In this document: in pieces, positions 17,364 through 26,428 of the stretch
Layout of the letters: every line of letters begins with the position of its first letter
How positions within the stretch are numbered: the stretch's first letter is position 1
Source: an uncultured Flavobacteriales bacterium
GTDB taxonomy: Bacteria; Bacteroidota; Bacteroidia; Flavobacteriales_D; CAJJDF01
Length of the DNA stretch: 64,000 bases
NCBI GenBank assembly: GCA_938009745.1
Contig: CALLII010000025.1
Coordinates: 586-64,585 of the forward strand
Reading direction: 5' to 3'
The notes under the pieces: model-generated
What the model saw: only the letters and a program-made list of their open reading frames with translations
The model's database searches: none
What the model was told of the DNA's origin: nothing
Translations under genes and position numbers: made by a program

Positions 17364-18931
17364 AATCCTTCAGTCTTTTTTCCTTTAGCAAGTCTAATTG
17401 CTTTGTTGTAATTAAAGAACTCCCATTCTTCGTACGATCCATTTTGATATTCTATCCAAAGACTTTCTTCTGTAGCTGAATAAACAAAATATTCATATTC
17501 CATTGACTGCTTTTCTACTATTTGTGATTCAAGAACTGCCTGACGTACATACTTGTAATCAAACTCTTTACTTGTAATTTTTACTCCTTTGTTATTTGCA
17601 AAAAGCACTATGAATTCACTCTGTTTAGTTTCTTTGTTTTTTTTGTGATAAGCTCCAAAAACATAAGGTTGGTTGTTTTTATAAGTGAATCTAAAGCTTT
17701 CAAAACCATTTTTCATTTCATCAATAAGAGTATCCTTATCGTTATAAACAAAAAACAGCTCGTTCACTACTTTGTAATTCCAATTGTTAGTTGTATCGGT
17801 CAAAGTTCTGTTATTTACAGAAACAGCATCTTGCACACCAAAAAACATAGGGTCTGTTGGGATTTTTAATCCATTAAGTGAAACTAAATAACAGTCATAG
17901 TATCCTCCAATAATTCCTTTGTATTTTACAAAATCAAAAAAATCAGAATTCATGGCTCTAAAAGTGTCACTCTCTATATATAAATAGGGTAATGAGCCAA
18001 GAGGATAGTTCACACTTACTGTATCGGTATGGTAAACTCCAGGATTAGATTGAGGATTTAATCCAGAGCTGAAAGGAAGATAAAAATTTAGGTAGGCTTT
18101 ATCATAGTTAAAAATAACGTTACCGTATTTTCTGTGTGTATACATGGAAATTAAAGGGTAATTAAAGTCAAACTTACAATGGGTAAAGAGTGAATAAAAA
18201 TCTCCTTTTTTCTTTAGAAATAACGAAGCAAAATGTGTGTTGTTACTATTTAATAAATTTATTCTTTTATCAATTAGCTCATATTTACCAGCAAAGTATG
18301 AGAAATTGATACTTGTTTTGTATTCTTCAATTCGTTTTTTAAAGTTTTCGTTCAGTTGTTTTCTTTGTTCAGGATCCACTACGTTTTTATAAATAGAATC
18401 GAGCTTAGAAATGCTATCAGTAAACTTAAAATCAGCTAATGATCTTAAGTAAGTTTGTGAGTAAACCACTGAATCAAACCCAAAGAAAAAAGCATACCCA
18501 TTCTTATCAAAAAGGCCTTGAGGCAATGAAAAAAAACGAACCATATTACTTGAATCATTGTTATAGGTGTAATAACAAGTGTCTCTAAACTCATCTTTAG
18601 TAATTACAAAAGTAGTATCGGAAATTAGTTCATATTGGCAAACTATTTTTTTACTTGTAGAATTAGAGTTAAGAAAAACTCTTATGTTTTTTAATTCTTC
18701 TGGTTTGTAATTAAAATGAACGGTACATTGGTCTTTTTCAAAAAGAATTGTACCGCATTCCTGGGTTCTTAAGTCAAATAGTGAAAGTGTCTTGCCTAGT
18801 ATGTTTTTATCAGTTTTTCTTACTTTGATAGTTCCTTTTGGAACTTGTCCAAATACATTGCTAAACCCAAATGAAAGAGTAGTTACAAGTAAAAAAGTAA
18901 TATATAATTTAAAATTAATCAGCAATTGCAA
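17348..18931 (-). CDS. Hypothetical secreted protein, paralog C of the ECF-sigma operon
   Basis: 527 aa. Signal peptide, then GTIKVRK directly after the predicted cleavage site. Rich in Tyr/Phe/Asn/Lys. Overlaps the upstream gene by 17 nt. Confidence 0.6.
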   Translation of the reverse strand: MQLLINFKLYITFLLVTTLSFGFSNVFGQVPKGTIKVRKTDKNILGKTLSLFDLRTQECGTILFEKDQCTVHFNYKPEELKNIRVFLNSNSTSKKIVCQYELISDTTFVITKDEFRDTCYYTYNNDSSNMVRFFSLPQGLFDKNGYAFFFGFDSVVYSQTYLRSLADFKFTDSISKLDSIYKNVVDPEQRKQLNENFKKRIEEYKTSINFSYFAGKYELIDKRINLLNSNNTHFASLFLKKKGDFYSLFTHCKFDFNYPLISMYTHRKYGNVIFNYDKAYLNFYLPFSSGLNPQSNPGVYHTDTVSVNYPLGSLPYLYIESDTFRAMNSDFFDFVKYKGIIGGYYDCYLVSLNGLKIPTDPMFFGVQDAVSVNNRTLTDTTNNWNYKVVNELFFVYNDKDTLIDEMKNGFESFRFTYKNNQPYVFGAYHKKNKETKQSEFIVLFANNKGVKITSKEFDYKYVRQAVLESQIVEKQSMEYEYFVYSATEESLWIEYQNGSYEEWEFFNYNKAIRLAKGKKTEGFYLID

Positions 18932-19925
18932 GTCCGTAATGTGAAGAGGAGTTCTTCTTTAATATATAATTTCTCGACTGAAAATTAGTAGGTTCCTTTC
19001 TTAAATAGAAGTTGTAGCCTCTTCTTTGGTACCTGAATCTTATTTTGTTTTTTCTTCGAGCCACTCTTCCTCTTTCAAACTGCTTTGTAGGGGAGTTTAA
19101 GATAAAAAGTGAATCTTTAGTTACTTTGAAATTACAATAATATTTCAACTTATAGTTTTGAATAATAGTCACTTTGTTTACCAAAAAGTTTTCGAACTTA
19201 AAAAACATGCTATACCTATTTTTAGCTATTTGGGAAGTTGATTGAAAATACCCGAAAGGCATATTTCTTCTAAAATGAGCTTCCATGTTTCCAACTAACG
19301 TTTGAAACAAACAATAGAAATAATCGGAATTGTTCCTGCATACTACATTCACGTTAAAAAGATTTCTTATTAGTTGTATTGTATCAAATTCCGAATAAAA
19401 AGTATAGTTTGAATAATCTAAAGTATCACCAGAAATAAGAGTGCTATCGACCACAATCCTTTGTGAATTAATAGATTTTCCAGTTTCTTTATTCCAAATT
19501 ACAGCATAAGTTTTATTAAATTTATTAAGCCTTTTGGTAGCAATCTGTTGCCTAATTTCATACCAAGTAGAAAACACTTTTGTTTTCCTTTTTGAGACTA
19601 ACCTATTAATTTTTCTCCAAAATTTATCAGGGTTGTTTTTGGCTAATTTTTTCATTTTAGCAGATATTCTATGTCCAAAAACATGAATTCTATCTCGATC
19701 AAAAAAAATATTTTCGTGCCATGACCCCATTAAGTTGTCATTATTATCAAAAGGGAGTATGGTTTCTATACCTCCCTGAAATAAATCTAAAGTATCAGTC
19801 TCTACCTGATTAAAAAAACTTGTGTCGTATCCTAGTTTTCTAATTTTTAGCACATTATTACCCTTCTGAGCCATTCCCAAAAGAGAACAGAATAAGATGA
19901 TAAGTAAATTAGCTAATAGTTTCAT
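18915..19925 (-). CDS. Hypothetical secreted basic protein, paralog B of the ECF-sigma operon
   Basis: 336 aa. Signal peptide, then NVLKIRK. Shares several blocks with the 19932-20858 product (see findings). Confidence 0.6.
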   Translation of the reverse strand: MKLLANLLIILFCSLLGMAQKGNNVLKIRKLGYDTSFFNQVETDTLDLFQGGIETILPFDNNDNLMGSWHENIFFDRDRIHVFGHRISAKMKKLAKNNPDKFWRKINRLVSKRKTKVFSTWYEIRQQIATKRLNKFNKTYAVIWNKETGKSINSQRIVVDSTLISGDTLDYSNYTFYSEFDTIQLIRNLFNVNVVCRNNSDYFYCLFQTLVGNMEAHFRRNMPFGYFQSTSQIAKNRYSMFFKFENFLVNKVTIIQNYKLKYYCNFKVTKDSLFILNSPTKQFERGRVARRKNKIRFRYQRRGYNFYLRKEPTNFQSRNYILKKNSSSHYGLAIAD

Positions 19926-19931
19926 AATGGT

Positions 19932-20858
19932 TTATTGTCTCAAGTAATCGTAATTGGCGTTTCGAATTTTAAATCGTAATCTAGTTTTTTTTGTATTAAA
20001 CTTCCCTTTTTTAAAATAGGCGATTGGAGGATTTTCTATCACTATTTTTTTTCCTTTTATGGTATAATTACAGATATATTCTTCTCCTGTAGTAGTAACT
20101 ATCCTTACTTGGTTTTTAGTGTATTGTTTTAAATCAAATTGAAATTCATAACCAACACCATTTATTACTTTAGGACACTTTAAGTTCGATACCAAAAAAT
20201 CATTGTTTGTAGTGTCAACAATTTTCCTGTGAATTTTTTCTTTTATAGCATCAGTGGAAGAACTTCTATTTCCAGTGTTCCACAAACCTGATGTAATTGT
20301 GTCGTCAAGTAATGTCACATTTAAATAGGTATCAATTTTTGTTTTACTAGTTTTTGTGCCTTGTATTTTCTCCTCTTTAAGGAACATAACTACAGGTGAA
20401 TCTTTTCTCTTAAGCTCATAAACTTTAGAGTCGTAGTAATATTCTCTATATATCGAATCTGTTATCTTTCTTGGGATTTTCAGCTTTACATAGTCAAGAG
20501 CTCCCCTCTTTTGCATCCTTCTTATTTTAGCAAAAAACCTTCTAGAATCCGATCGTTTATATTTCTTCTTAAGCTTTTCAGGCAAGGCTTCATTAAATAC
20601 ATACATCCTGCTACCTGATAATAAAACATTGTCATTTAAAAATCCATACAACTTAGGAAGAGTATGTTCTTTACCTTTATAAAGCCTAGCTTTGGTAGTC
20701 GAGTCTACTTTTTTTATTACAGTAATTATTGTATCGAATTCTACGTATTTCCTTACCACAATAACCCCGCGATTCATTGCAAGGTTATTGGAATCTAATT
20801 GTTGACCAAAATTTGAGAAAGCACAGGTCAAAAAGATTATGGTGGCAAGGGTTTTCAT
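19932..20858 (-). CDS. Hypothetical secreted basic protein, paralog A of the ECF-sigma operon
   Basis: 308 aa. Signal peptide, then GVIVVRK. 3-nt gap from the upstream gene. Confidence 0.6.
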   Translation of the reverse strand: MKTLATIIFLTCAFSNFGQQLDSNNLAMNRGVIVVRKYVEFDTIITVIKKVDSTTKARLYKGKEHTLPKLYGFLNDNVLLSGSRMYVFNEALPEKLKKKYKRSDSRRFFAKIRRMQKRGALDYVKLKIPRKITDSIYREYYYDSKVYELKRKDSPVVMFLKEEKIQGTKTSKTKIDTYLNVTLLDDTITSGLWNTGNRSSSTDAIKEKIHRKIVDTTNNDFLVSNLKCPKVINGVGYEFQFDLKQYTKNQVRIVTTTGEEYICNYTIKGKKIVIENPPIAYFKKGKFNTKKTRLRFKIRNANYDYLRQ

Positions 20859-20861
20859 AGT

Positions 20862-22559
20862 TTATCCTCCTATTATTTCACGTATTTCTGAAGTTGTTTT
20901 TCCTTTAATATCTACAACCTTCATTTTAAAAGTATGGGCTTCTTGTCCTTTTTCAATTTCTTTAAAATCTTCTGTGTCTGCAACAGCAATCATGCCATCT
21001 AGAGTAATTCCCCATAATAAATTGTTTCGTTTAGGGTTAAAAGGCAATCTACCTATTCTTGAAGCATCTAATGGAAAACAAGCATTTCTAGTTTTCTCTA
21101 CTAAGTCTAATTTAGTAAACTCAATAGTTTCGCCAGTTTCCTCATCTTCATAATTAGTCAAAACTATCATTCCTTCTGGGTAAGGAATAGGGGAGTCGCA
21201 GTTCCATGTTCCAAATCTGTTGATGTTAAATATTCTTTTTAATTCATCCCTTGCAGCTGCTTGGAACTTCATTTTACTTCTCATTGCAGCCACTCTTCTT
21301 TCGTAAGCTTCTTGCTCTTTTTTATATCGTTCTTTTATTTTAGATAGATTTATTTCAGCTTGTTTTTCTTCTTCTTTTTTAGCTGTTAGTTTTGTGCTGT
21401 AATCTGTAAACCTTGAGTCAAATTCTTTTTTGGCTTCATCATAGTCTTTGCCATCCAATACAGGAATTACTTTTATTTCTTCTTTTCTCTCTCCCTTTTT
21501 CAATTGAACTATGTATGAGTTATTTTTCTCTAATAATTCAACTCCATTCCAAGTAACAGAGTAAGTATCTTCTGGCATTTCTGATTTATCTACTACTTCA
21601 AATATGGTTCCTGCGTATACTACCAATTCTGGAAACTCAGTTTTCTTTACATCAATTGTAAAGTTTTTCTTTTCTGGATTTGCCTTCAATGGTTTTCTAG
21701 GAGATTCTTTTTTCAAAGTTTTAATCTCTTTTTTAATAACCGCAACAACTTCTTCAGCTTCAACTATTTTTATTTCCTTTTCTTCTACGTCAATTACTTT
21801 GGCTATGTTTTCTTCAATAGGTTCATCTTTTGTTGAGCCTTGTTCAGTTTTAGGATTATCTATAGAATCTTTTCCTTCATAACTCCATTTTTCCTTTTCT
21901 TCATCTAAGTAATACAAGTTAAATTTCGGGTCTGGATTTTTGGAATGCATACAAATTCTGAAGTTTTTATCTGGAACAATTTTCAGTCTCTTTCCATCTT
22001 GGTATCCTCTTATCTCCATCATTCCAGCAGATTCGAAAACTTGTTCTTTTCCAGCAGAATCATAATCCATTGGTATTCCACTAAGGAAAATCTCTGTTTG
22101 ATTGTGGAATTCACGGTATTGTACTTCTACTTTTCCTGTTACAATTTTTCCGTCTTCATCCATAAATGCACCTTCTGGGATAGTAATTTCAGTCCCTGTG
22201 TGGTGTTTTATTTTACCTCCATTATCTGCATCTACATAATACGATTCGTTAGGAATGTCAGCCTCAGGAATAGGTGGATTTACAAAAACTGATTTAGACA
22301 CTGTATCGGTAACTTGTGCAACTAGTGTTTCTGATTCTTGAACTAATTGTTCAGTATCTGGTTTTGTTCCAATATAAATACCAGCAGCAATTGCAATGGC
22401 AGCAATTCCTCCTGCAAACCAACCTGTGCTTTTGCCAGTTGGCTTTGGTGCAACAGAACCTGCTCCGCCAACTTTGCTAGCCAAAGATCCAAAGTCTTTA
22501 GTTGCATTTATTTCCTCTTTGGCAAGTGGTTTTCTGTCTATGTTAATGTTTCTTTTCAT
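20862..22559 (-). CDS. Single-pass membrane protein, candidate anti-sigma/sensor partner of the adjacent ECF sigma factor
   Basis: 565 aa. A ~45-aa cytoplasmic N-terminus, a TM helix (WFAGGIAAIAIAAGIYIG), a large extracytoplasmic part with a K/E-rich coiled segment, and a Cys-containing C-terminal domain. The call rests on position directly downstream of the sigma gene. No ZAS motif was seen. Confidence 0.55.
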   Translation of the reverse strand: MKRNINIDRKPLAKEEINATKDFGSLASKVGGAGSVAPKPTGKSTGWFAGGIAAIAIAAGIYIGTKPDTEQLVQESETLVAQVTDTVSKSVFVNPPIPEADIPNESYYVDADNGGKIKHHTGTEITIPEGAFMDEDGKIVTGKVEVQYREFHNQTEIFLSGIPMDYDSAGKEQVFESAGMMEIRGYQDGKRLKIVPDKNFRICMHSKNPDPKFNLYYLDEEKEKWSYEGKDSIDNPKTEQGSTKDEPIEENIAKVIDVEEKEIKIVEAEEVVAVIKKEIKTLKKESPRKPLKANPEKKNFTIDVKKTEFPELVVYAGTIFEVVDKSEMPEDTYSVTWNGVELLEKNNSYIVQLKKGERKEEIKVIPVLDGKDYDEAKKEFDSRFTDYSTKLTAKKEEEKQAEINLSKIKERYKKEQEAYERRVAAMRSKMKFQAAARDELKRIFNINRFGTWNCDSPIPYPEGMIVLTNYEDEETGETIEFTKLDLVEKTRNACFPLDASRIGRLPFNPKRNNLLWGITLDGMIAVADTEDFKEIEKGQEAHTFKMKVVDIKGKTTSEIREIIGG

Positions 22560-22627
22560 TTTATTATTGGTGTTTACTTTGTCTTTTTATTTGGCTATAA
22601 CACTTTGTAATTTAGTGTGTATTCAAT

Positions 22628-23197
22628 TTATTTCTGGTTGTTTTGTAATTTCTTTATTACTCTATGAGTTTTAACTTTAGCATTATTCTCAGTCATATCA
22701 AGTATTTCGCCTATTTCTTTAAAGCTTCTTTGTTCAAAATAGCGCATTTCAACTAATTCCAATTCTTGATCATTTAATTCGGATAAAGCGGCAATTAACT
22801 CTTCGTTACCAAGGGCAATAGGAATATCAATATCTTCTGACATATTTGCCAGAGATTCAGTTTCTACATTTATAGTTGGCGATTTTGATTGGTTCTTTAA
22901 AAACTGGTAGGTTTCGCTTTTTGCAATTCGGTACAACCATGAGCTGAATTTTAGCCCCATAAATTTGTACTTTTTTATGTTAGTCATTGCCTTAAGAAAA
23001 ACTTGTGCAGTAACATCTGCAGCATCATCTTTGGAATCCATTCTTTGGTAAGCGTATCGAAAAATTGCTTCGTAATTAGCGTCATATAGTTTTTCGAAAG
23101 CGCTCAAGTCTTGCTGAGCAGCTTTAATCCAAGCCTCCTCAAGTGAATCCACTTTAGCTTGTGGTGGTATGTGTTGGGATATACTCATTGAGTTCAT
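22628..23197 (-). CDS. ECF-type sigma-70 family RNA polymerase sigma factor
   Basis: Region 2: FEKLYDANYEAIFRYAYQRM...DVTAQVFLKA...FSSWLYRIA. Region 4: ELVEMRYFEQRSFKEIGEILDMTENNAKVKTHRVIKKL. Confidence 0.85.
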   Translation of the reverse strand: MNSMSISQHIPPQAKVDSLEEAWIKAAQQDLSAFEKLYDANYEAIFRYAYQRMDSKDDAADVTAQVFLKAMTNIKKYKFMGLKFSSWLYRIAKSETYQFLKNQSKSPTINVETESLANMSEDIDIPIALGNEELIAALSELNDQELELVEMRYFEQRSFKEIGEILDMTENNAKVKTHRVIKKLQNNQK

Positions 23198-23221
23198 ATT
23201 GAGATAGATTAGGAAAGTTAT

Positions 23222-23287
23222 AAAAAAAGAGTAGAAACTGGGCGATACCGCAGTATCTTTTAATCACTTGCCTTTGCTCCCAGTTTC
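23222..23287 (-). terminator. Structured element: 9-bp stem with a nested 5-bp hairpin, followed by a T run. Either a terminator for the upstream genes or a leader/attenuator of the sigma operon
   Basis: Minus strand reads GAAACTGGG-(36 nt containing GATAC-TGCG-GTATC)-CCCAGTTTC-TACTC-TTTTTTT. It ends ~25 nt before the sigma ATG. Confidence 0.4.
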
Positions 23288-23429
23288 CCTCTTCACTATC
23301 TATAACGCGAAGTAATGGATTGGTTACATAAATTTGATCAGTAATTTTAAGATTCCAATATTGAATTTTAATTAACTCTTTATTTTATGAAGGTAGAAGG
23401 GGGTTGTTTGACTAAATAAATATCACAAT

Positions 23430-23843
23430 TTAAACCTCCCATTCTTTTCCAGTTCGATAAACTGTTCCTTTAAATAAAGCAACTACTGCTGAGTGCTGAT
23501 TAAAAATATGAATGGTGTAAATCCCCACTTTAGAAGTTAGACTTTCTTCTTTTACTTGAGTTCGCAATACATCTCCTTCTTTGCTTGGTTTTGTGTGTGA
23601 AATAGAAGTTTCTATTGAAACTGATTGAATTCCATGTCCGTTTGCAGAAAATGCCAAAGCACTATCGGCTAAAGAATAAGTAATTCCTCCGTGAGCAATT
23701 CCAAAACCATTGAGCATTTCATGTCTCACGGTTAATTCTAAAACTACTTCACCAGGTTTCTCTTCAATGCGTTTTATCTCAAGCCATTGGCTAAATGGAT
23801 CGTTTAAAAACATCTTATCGATAATTGCAGTAGCTGAATTCAT
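23430..23843 (-). CDS. Hotdog-fold PaaI-type thioesterase
   Basis: LNGFGIAHGGITYSLADSALAF core motif, 137 aa. Its start abuts the stop of the S46 peptidase gene with a 0-nt gap. Confidence 0.8.
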   Translation of the reverse strand: MNSATAIIDKMFLNDPFSQWLEIKRIEEKPGEVVLELTVRHEMLNGFGIAHGGITYSLADSALAFSANGHGIQSVSIETSISHTKPSKEGDVLRTQVKEESLTSKVGIYTIHIFNQHSAVVALFKGTVYRTGKEWEV

Positions 23844-26276
23844 TTATTTTGAAATTTCTTGAGCTTCTTCAACTTTGTCAATGGCTTCTATTTGTTTGAT
23901 AAAACCATTTATGAATCTTAACTTCTTTACATATTCAGTGTTAGAAGGTTCAATTGTAGCTGCAGCTTCAAAATCATTTCTTGCTTCTTTTAGTTTTCCT
24001 TGGTTGTAATACTCTAACCCACGTTTATAAAGTAATGAAGCTTTTTCTGGAGCTGCTTTCAATTCTTTATTTATTTGTTCCAGATTATCATTTTTAGGAG
24101 CTTTTGTTCCGTCAATTGTTGGAGCACCAACTAAATTCATTTCCTCTATTAAATGTGTAGCTCCTGCATATTTATCAATTACAAATAGTACATATCTAAT
24201 ATCTACAGTAATGTTTCGACAGAGTTCTTCGCTAAACATCACATCACTCATTGTGCTTTCCCAACTACGGTCAAAGTTAATTCCAATTAGCTCTCCATTT
24301 CCATTAATAACAGGACTTCCTGAGTTACCCCCAGTTGTGTGGTTAGATCCAGTGAAACAAATAACTAAGTCATTGTCATCATTTGCATACATACCATAGT
24401 TTTTGTTTTCAATTAAGTTAAGTAGCTTTTCTGGAGCATCAAACTCGTCATTGTTTGGGATATACTTGGCAAGTATTCCTTCTGCAGTTGTGTAATGGGT
24501 GTAAGTCATTCCGTCTCTTGGAGTAGAACCTTCTATTTTCCCATATGATACTCTTAAAGTACTGTTAGCATCATACCAATATTTTTCGGTTGGGAACGCA
24601 ATCATAATCGCTTGAGTATAATCCTTCATTAATGCAGTAATCTTATCTTGATTAGCATAATATGTTGGAATTACTTTTCCTCTTAATACTTCATAAAATG
24701 ATTGTACCATTTGATAAGCCTTGTCTTTCTTAATTTTGTTAAGATTTTTAGCAGTTGGCTTATTCAGTCTTTTCATTAACTTACCATCATTAAGCAACAT
24801 AGATTTATTGAACATTTCATCAATAATCTCATTCATGTTTTGAACATAGTTTCCTGTTAGGTTACTTGCATGAAATTCTTTGTCTACATTTTCAAGAGCA
24901 GTTTTGTATAACGATTTCCACATTTTTCTTTCAAAAACTAGTCTTGGTTCATCTTCAGAAAAAGATTTGTAACTCTTTTTTAATGCTTCAATCTTTTCAT
25001 CTAATTTTCCGCTTTCTCTTAGTTTTTCATGATTTTCAATCACATCTACAAAACTATTAATGTAACGTAATGACTGAGGACCACTATAAATTAGCTCAAT
25101 ATAGTAATCAAATGCTTTTTGGTATTTTTCGTTTGCTGAGTATAGCTTTTTAAGCTCTGGTAATATATTTCCATACTTTTTCTTAAGGATTTCATTCCCG
25201 TTTATTTTTTTAGAAAACTCAGCTTCTTTGGCTTTTTTTATGTCTAAAGCTCCTTTCTTTTCTAGTCCAAAATTTTCACCTTTCCATTTTTTCCATGCGT
25301 TACTCACTCGCGATTGATATGGAGCATACTTTATTCTCAAGGCTTCACTTTCTTTCATTGTAGCATTAATTACTTCCAATGATTTTTCTCTCATCAATAT
25401 TCTTGCAGGATTGGTTTTGTTCATTTTTTGATCCACAGCATAAGAACTTAAAAACTGCTCTGTTCTTCCTGGGAAACCATAAACCATAGAAAAATCACCT
25501 TCATTAATTCCTTTTAAAGAAATTGGAAAGAAATGTTTTGGAGTATAAGGAACATTGTCTTTAGAGTATTCTGCTGGGTTGTTGTCTTTGTCAGCATAAA
25601 TTCTGAATACCGAAAAATCTCCTGTATGTCTTGGCCATACCCAGTTATCGGTATCAAAACCAAACTTACCTATTGATGAGGGTGGCGCACCAACTAATCT
25701 AATGTCAGTGAACCTTTCTATAATAAATGCGAAATATTTATTTCCATAATTGAAAGGCTTTACCTTAGCTTTATAGCTTGTTCCATCTGTTAAACTCTTA
25801 ATTAACTCTTTAGTTTTTCTTGCAATAAAGTCTTCTTCAGTTTCTCCATCTTTTTTTGTTCCTCCAAGCATTTTGGTAGTCACATCTTCAATTCTCACAA
25901 TAAAATCTACGTATAAACCTTTATTAGCTTTTTCTTCTCCGAAGTTTTTAGCCCAAAAACCATCTCTCAAGTAATTATTTTCAACTGAACTATGAGATGC
26001 TATTTGTGAATATCCACAATGGTGATTGGTAAATAACAATCCTTTAGATGATACAACCTCCGAAGTACAACCGCCATTAAAATGTGCAACTGCATCTTTC
26101 ATACTCGACTGATTTACAGAGTATATTTCCTCAGCAGAAATCATCAATCCTTTTGATTGCATATCGCTATAGTTAAGCGCTTTAATAAGATTTGGAAGCC
26201 ACATTCCTTCGGTAGCTTGTCCCAAAAATGGAATAGAAAATAAAGCGATTAATATCCAGATTTTAGTTTGTTTCAT
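23844..26276 (-). CDS. S46-family dipeptidyl peptidase (DPP7/DPP11 family, probably DPP11-like) with a C-terminal TPR-like extension
   Basis: Signal peptide followed by EGMWLP. Catalytic-His context FTNHHCGY. Catalytic-Ser context TTGGNSGSPV. An Arg at +18 from that Ser (INFDRSWES). The extra ~90-aa tail LYKRGLEYYNQGKLKEARNDFEAAATIEPSN is TPR-like. Confidence 0.85.
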   Translation of the reverse strand: MKQTKIWILIALFSIPFLGQATEGMWLPNLIKALNYSDMQSKGLMISAEEIYSVNQSSMKDAVAHFNGGCTSEVVSSKGLLFTNHHCGYSQIASHSSVENNYLRDGFWAKNFGEEKANKGLYVDFIVRIEDVTTKMLGGTKKDGETEEDFIARKTKELIKSLTDGTSYKAKVKPFNYGNKYFAFIIERFTDIRLVGAPPSSIGKFGFDTDNWVWPRHTGDFSVFRIYADKDNNPAEYSKDNVPYTPKHFFPISLKGINEGDFSMVYGFPGRTEQFLSSYAVDQKMNKTNPARILMREKSLEVINATMKESEALRIKYAPYQSRVSNAWKKWKGENFGLEKKGALDIKKAKEAEFSKKINGNEILKKKYGNILPELKKLYSANEKYQKAFDYYIELIYSGPQSLRYINSFVDVIENHEKLRESGKLDEKIEALKKSYKSFSEDEPRLVFERKMWKSLYKTALENVDKEFHASNLTGNYVQNMNEIIDEMFNKSMLLNDGKLMKRLNKPTAKNLNKIKKDKAYQMVQSFYEVLRGKVIPTYYANQDKITALMKDYTQAIMIAFPTEKYWYDANSTLRVSYGKIEGSTPRDGMTYTHYTTAEGILAKYIPNNDEFDAPEKLLNLIENKNYGMYANDDNDLVICFTGSNHTTGGNSGSPVINGNGELIGINFDRSWESTMSDVMFSEELCRNITVDIRYVLFVIDKYAGATHLIEEMNLVGAPTIDGTKAPKNDNLEQINKELKAAPEKASLLYKRGLEYYNQGKLKEARNDFEAAATIEPSNTEYVKKLRFINGFIKQIEAIDKVEEAQEISK

Positions 26277-26295
26277 GGTCTTGAATTTGGTTACA

Positions 26296-26303
26296 CAAAT
26301 ATA
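26296..26303 (-). promoter_or_regulatory. TAnnTTTG -7 promoter motif (TATATTTG on the minus strand) for the S46 peptidase operon
   Basis: Plus strand reads CAAATATA. 19 nt upstream of the ATG at 26276. Confidence 0.45.
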
Positions 26304-26398
26304 TCAAAATACCCCTAAATTAAAACTACCATTACATTTGATTCACTATTAAAGCAAAGCATTCAGTCAATTTATTGATATTCTTTGCAATAATATCT

Positions 26399-26406
26399 TA
26401 TTTTTG
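26399..26406 (+). promoter_or_regulatory. TAnnTTTG -7 promoter motif (TATTTTTG) for the 26429 gene
   Basis: Perfect consensus, 22 nt upstream of the ATG at 26429. Divergent from the S46 promoter. Confidence 0.45.
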
Positions 26407-26428
26407 TTCGAATTAATTTAATTACATC

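Noticed and set aside
20839-22674. Plus-strand ORFs (20839-21153, 21604-21882, 21945-22292, 22347-22610, 22396-22674) antisense to the membrane protein and sigma genes.
   Set aside because: They are short and low-complexity, and they are nested antisense to much longer ORFs that have coherent signal peptide, TM and domain structure.
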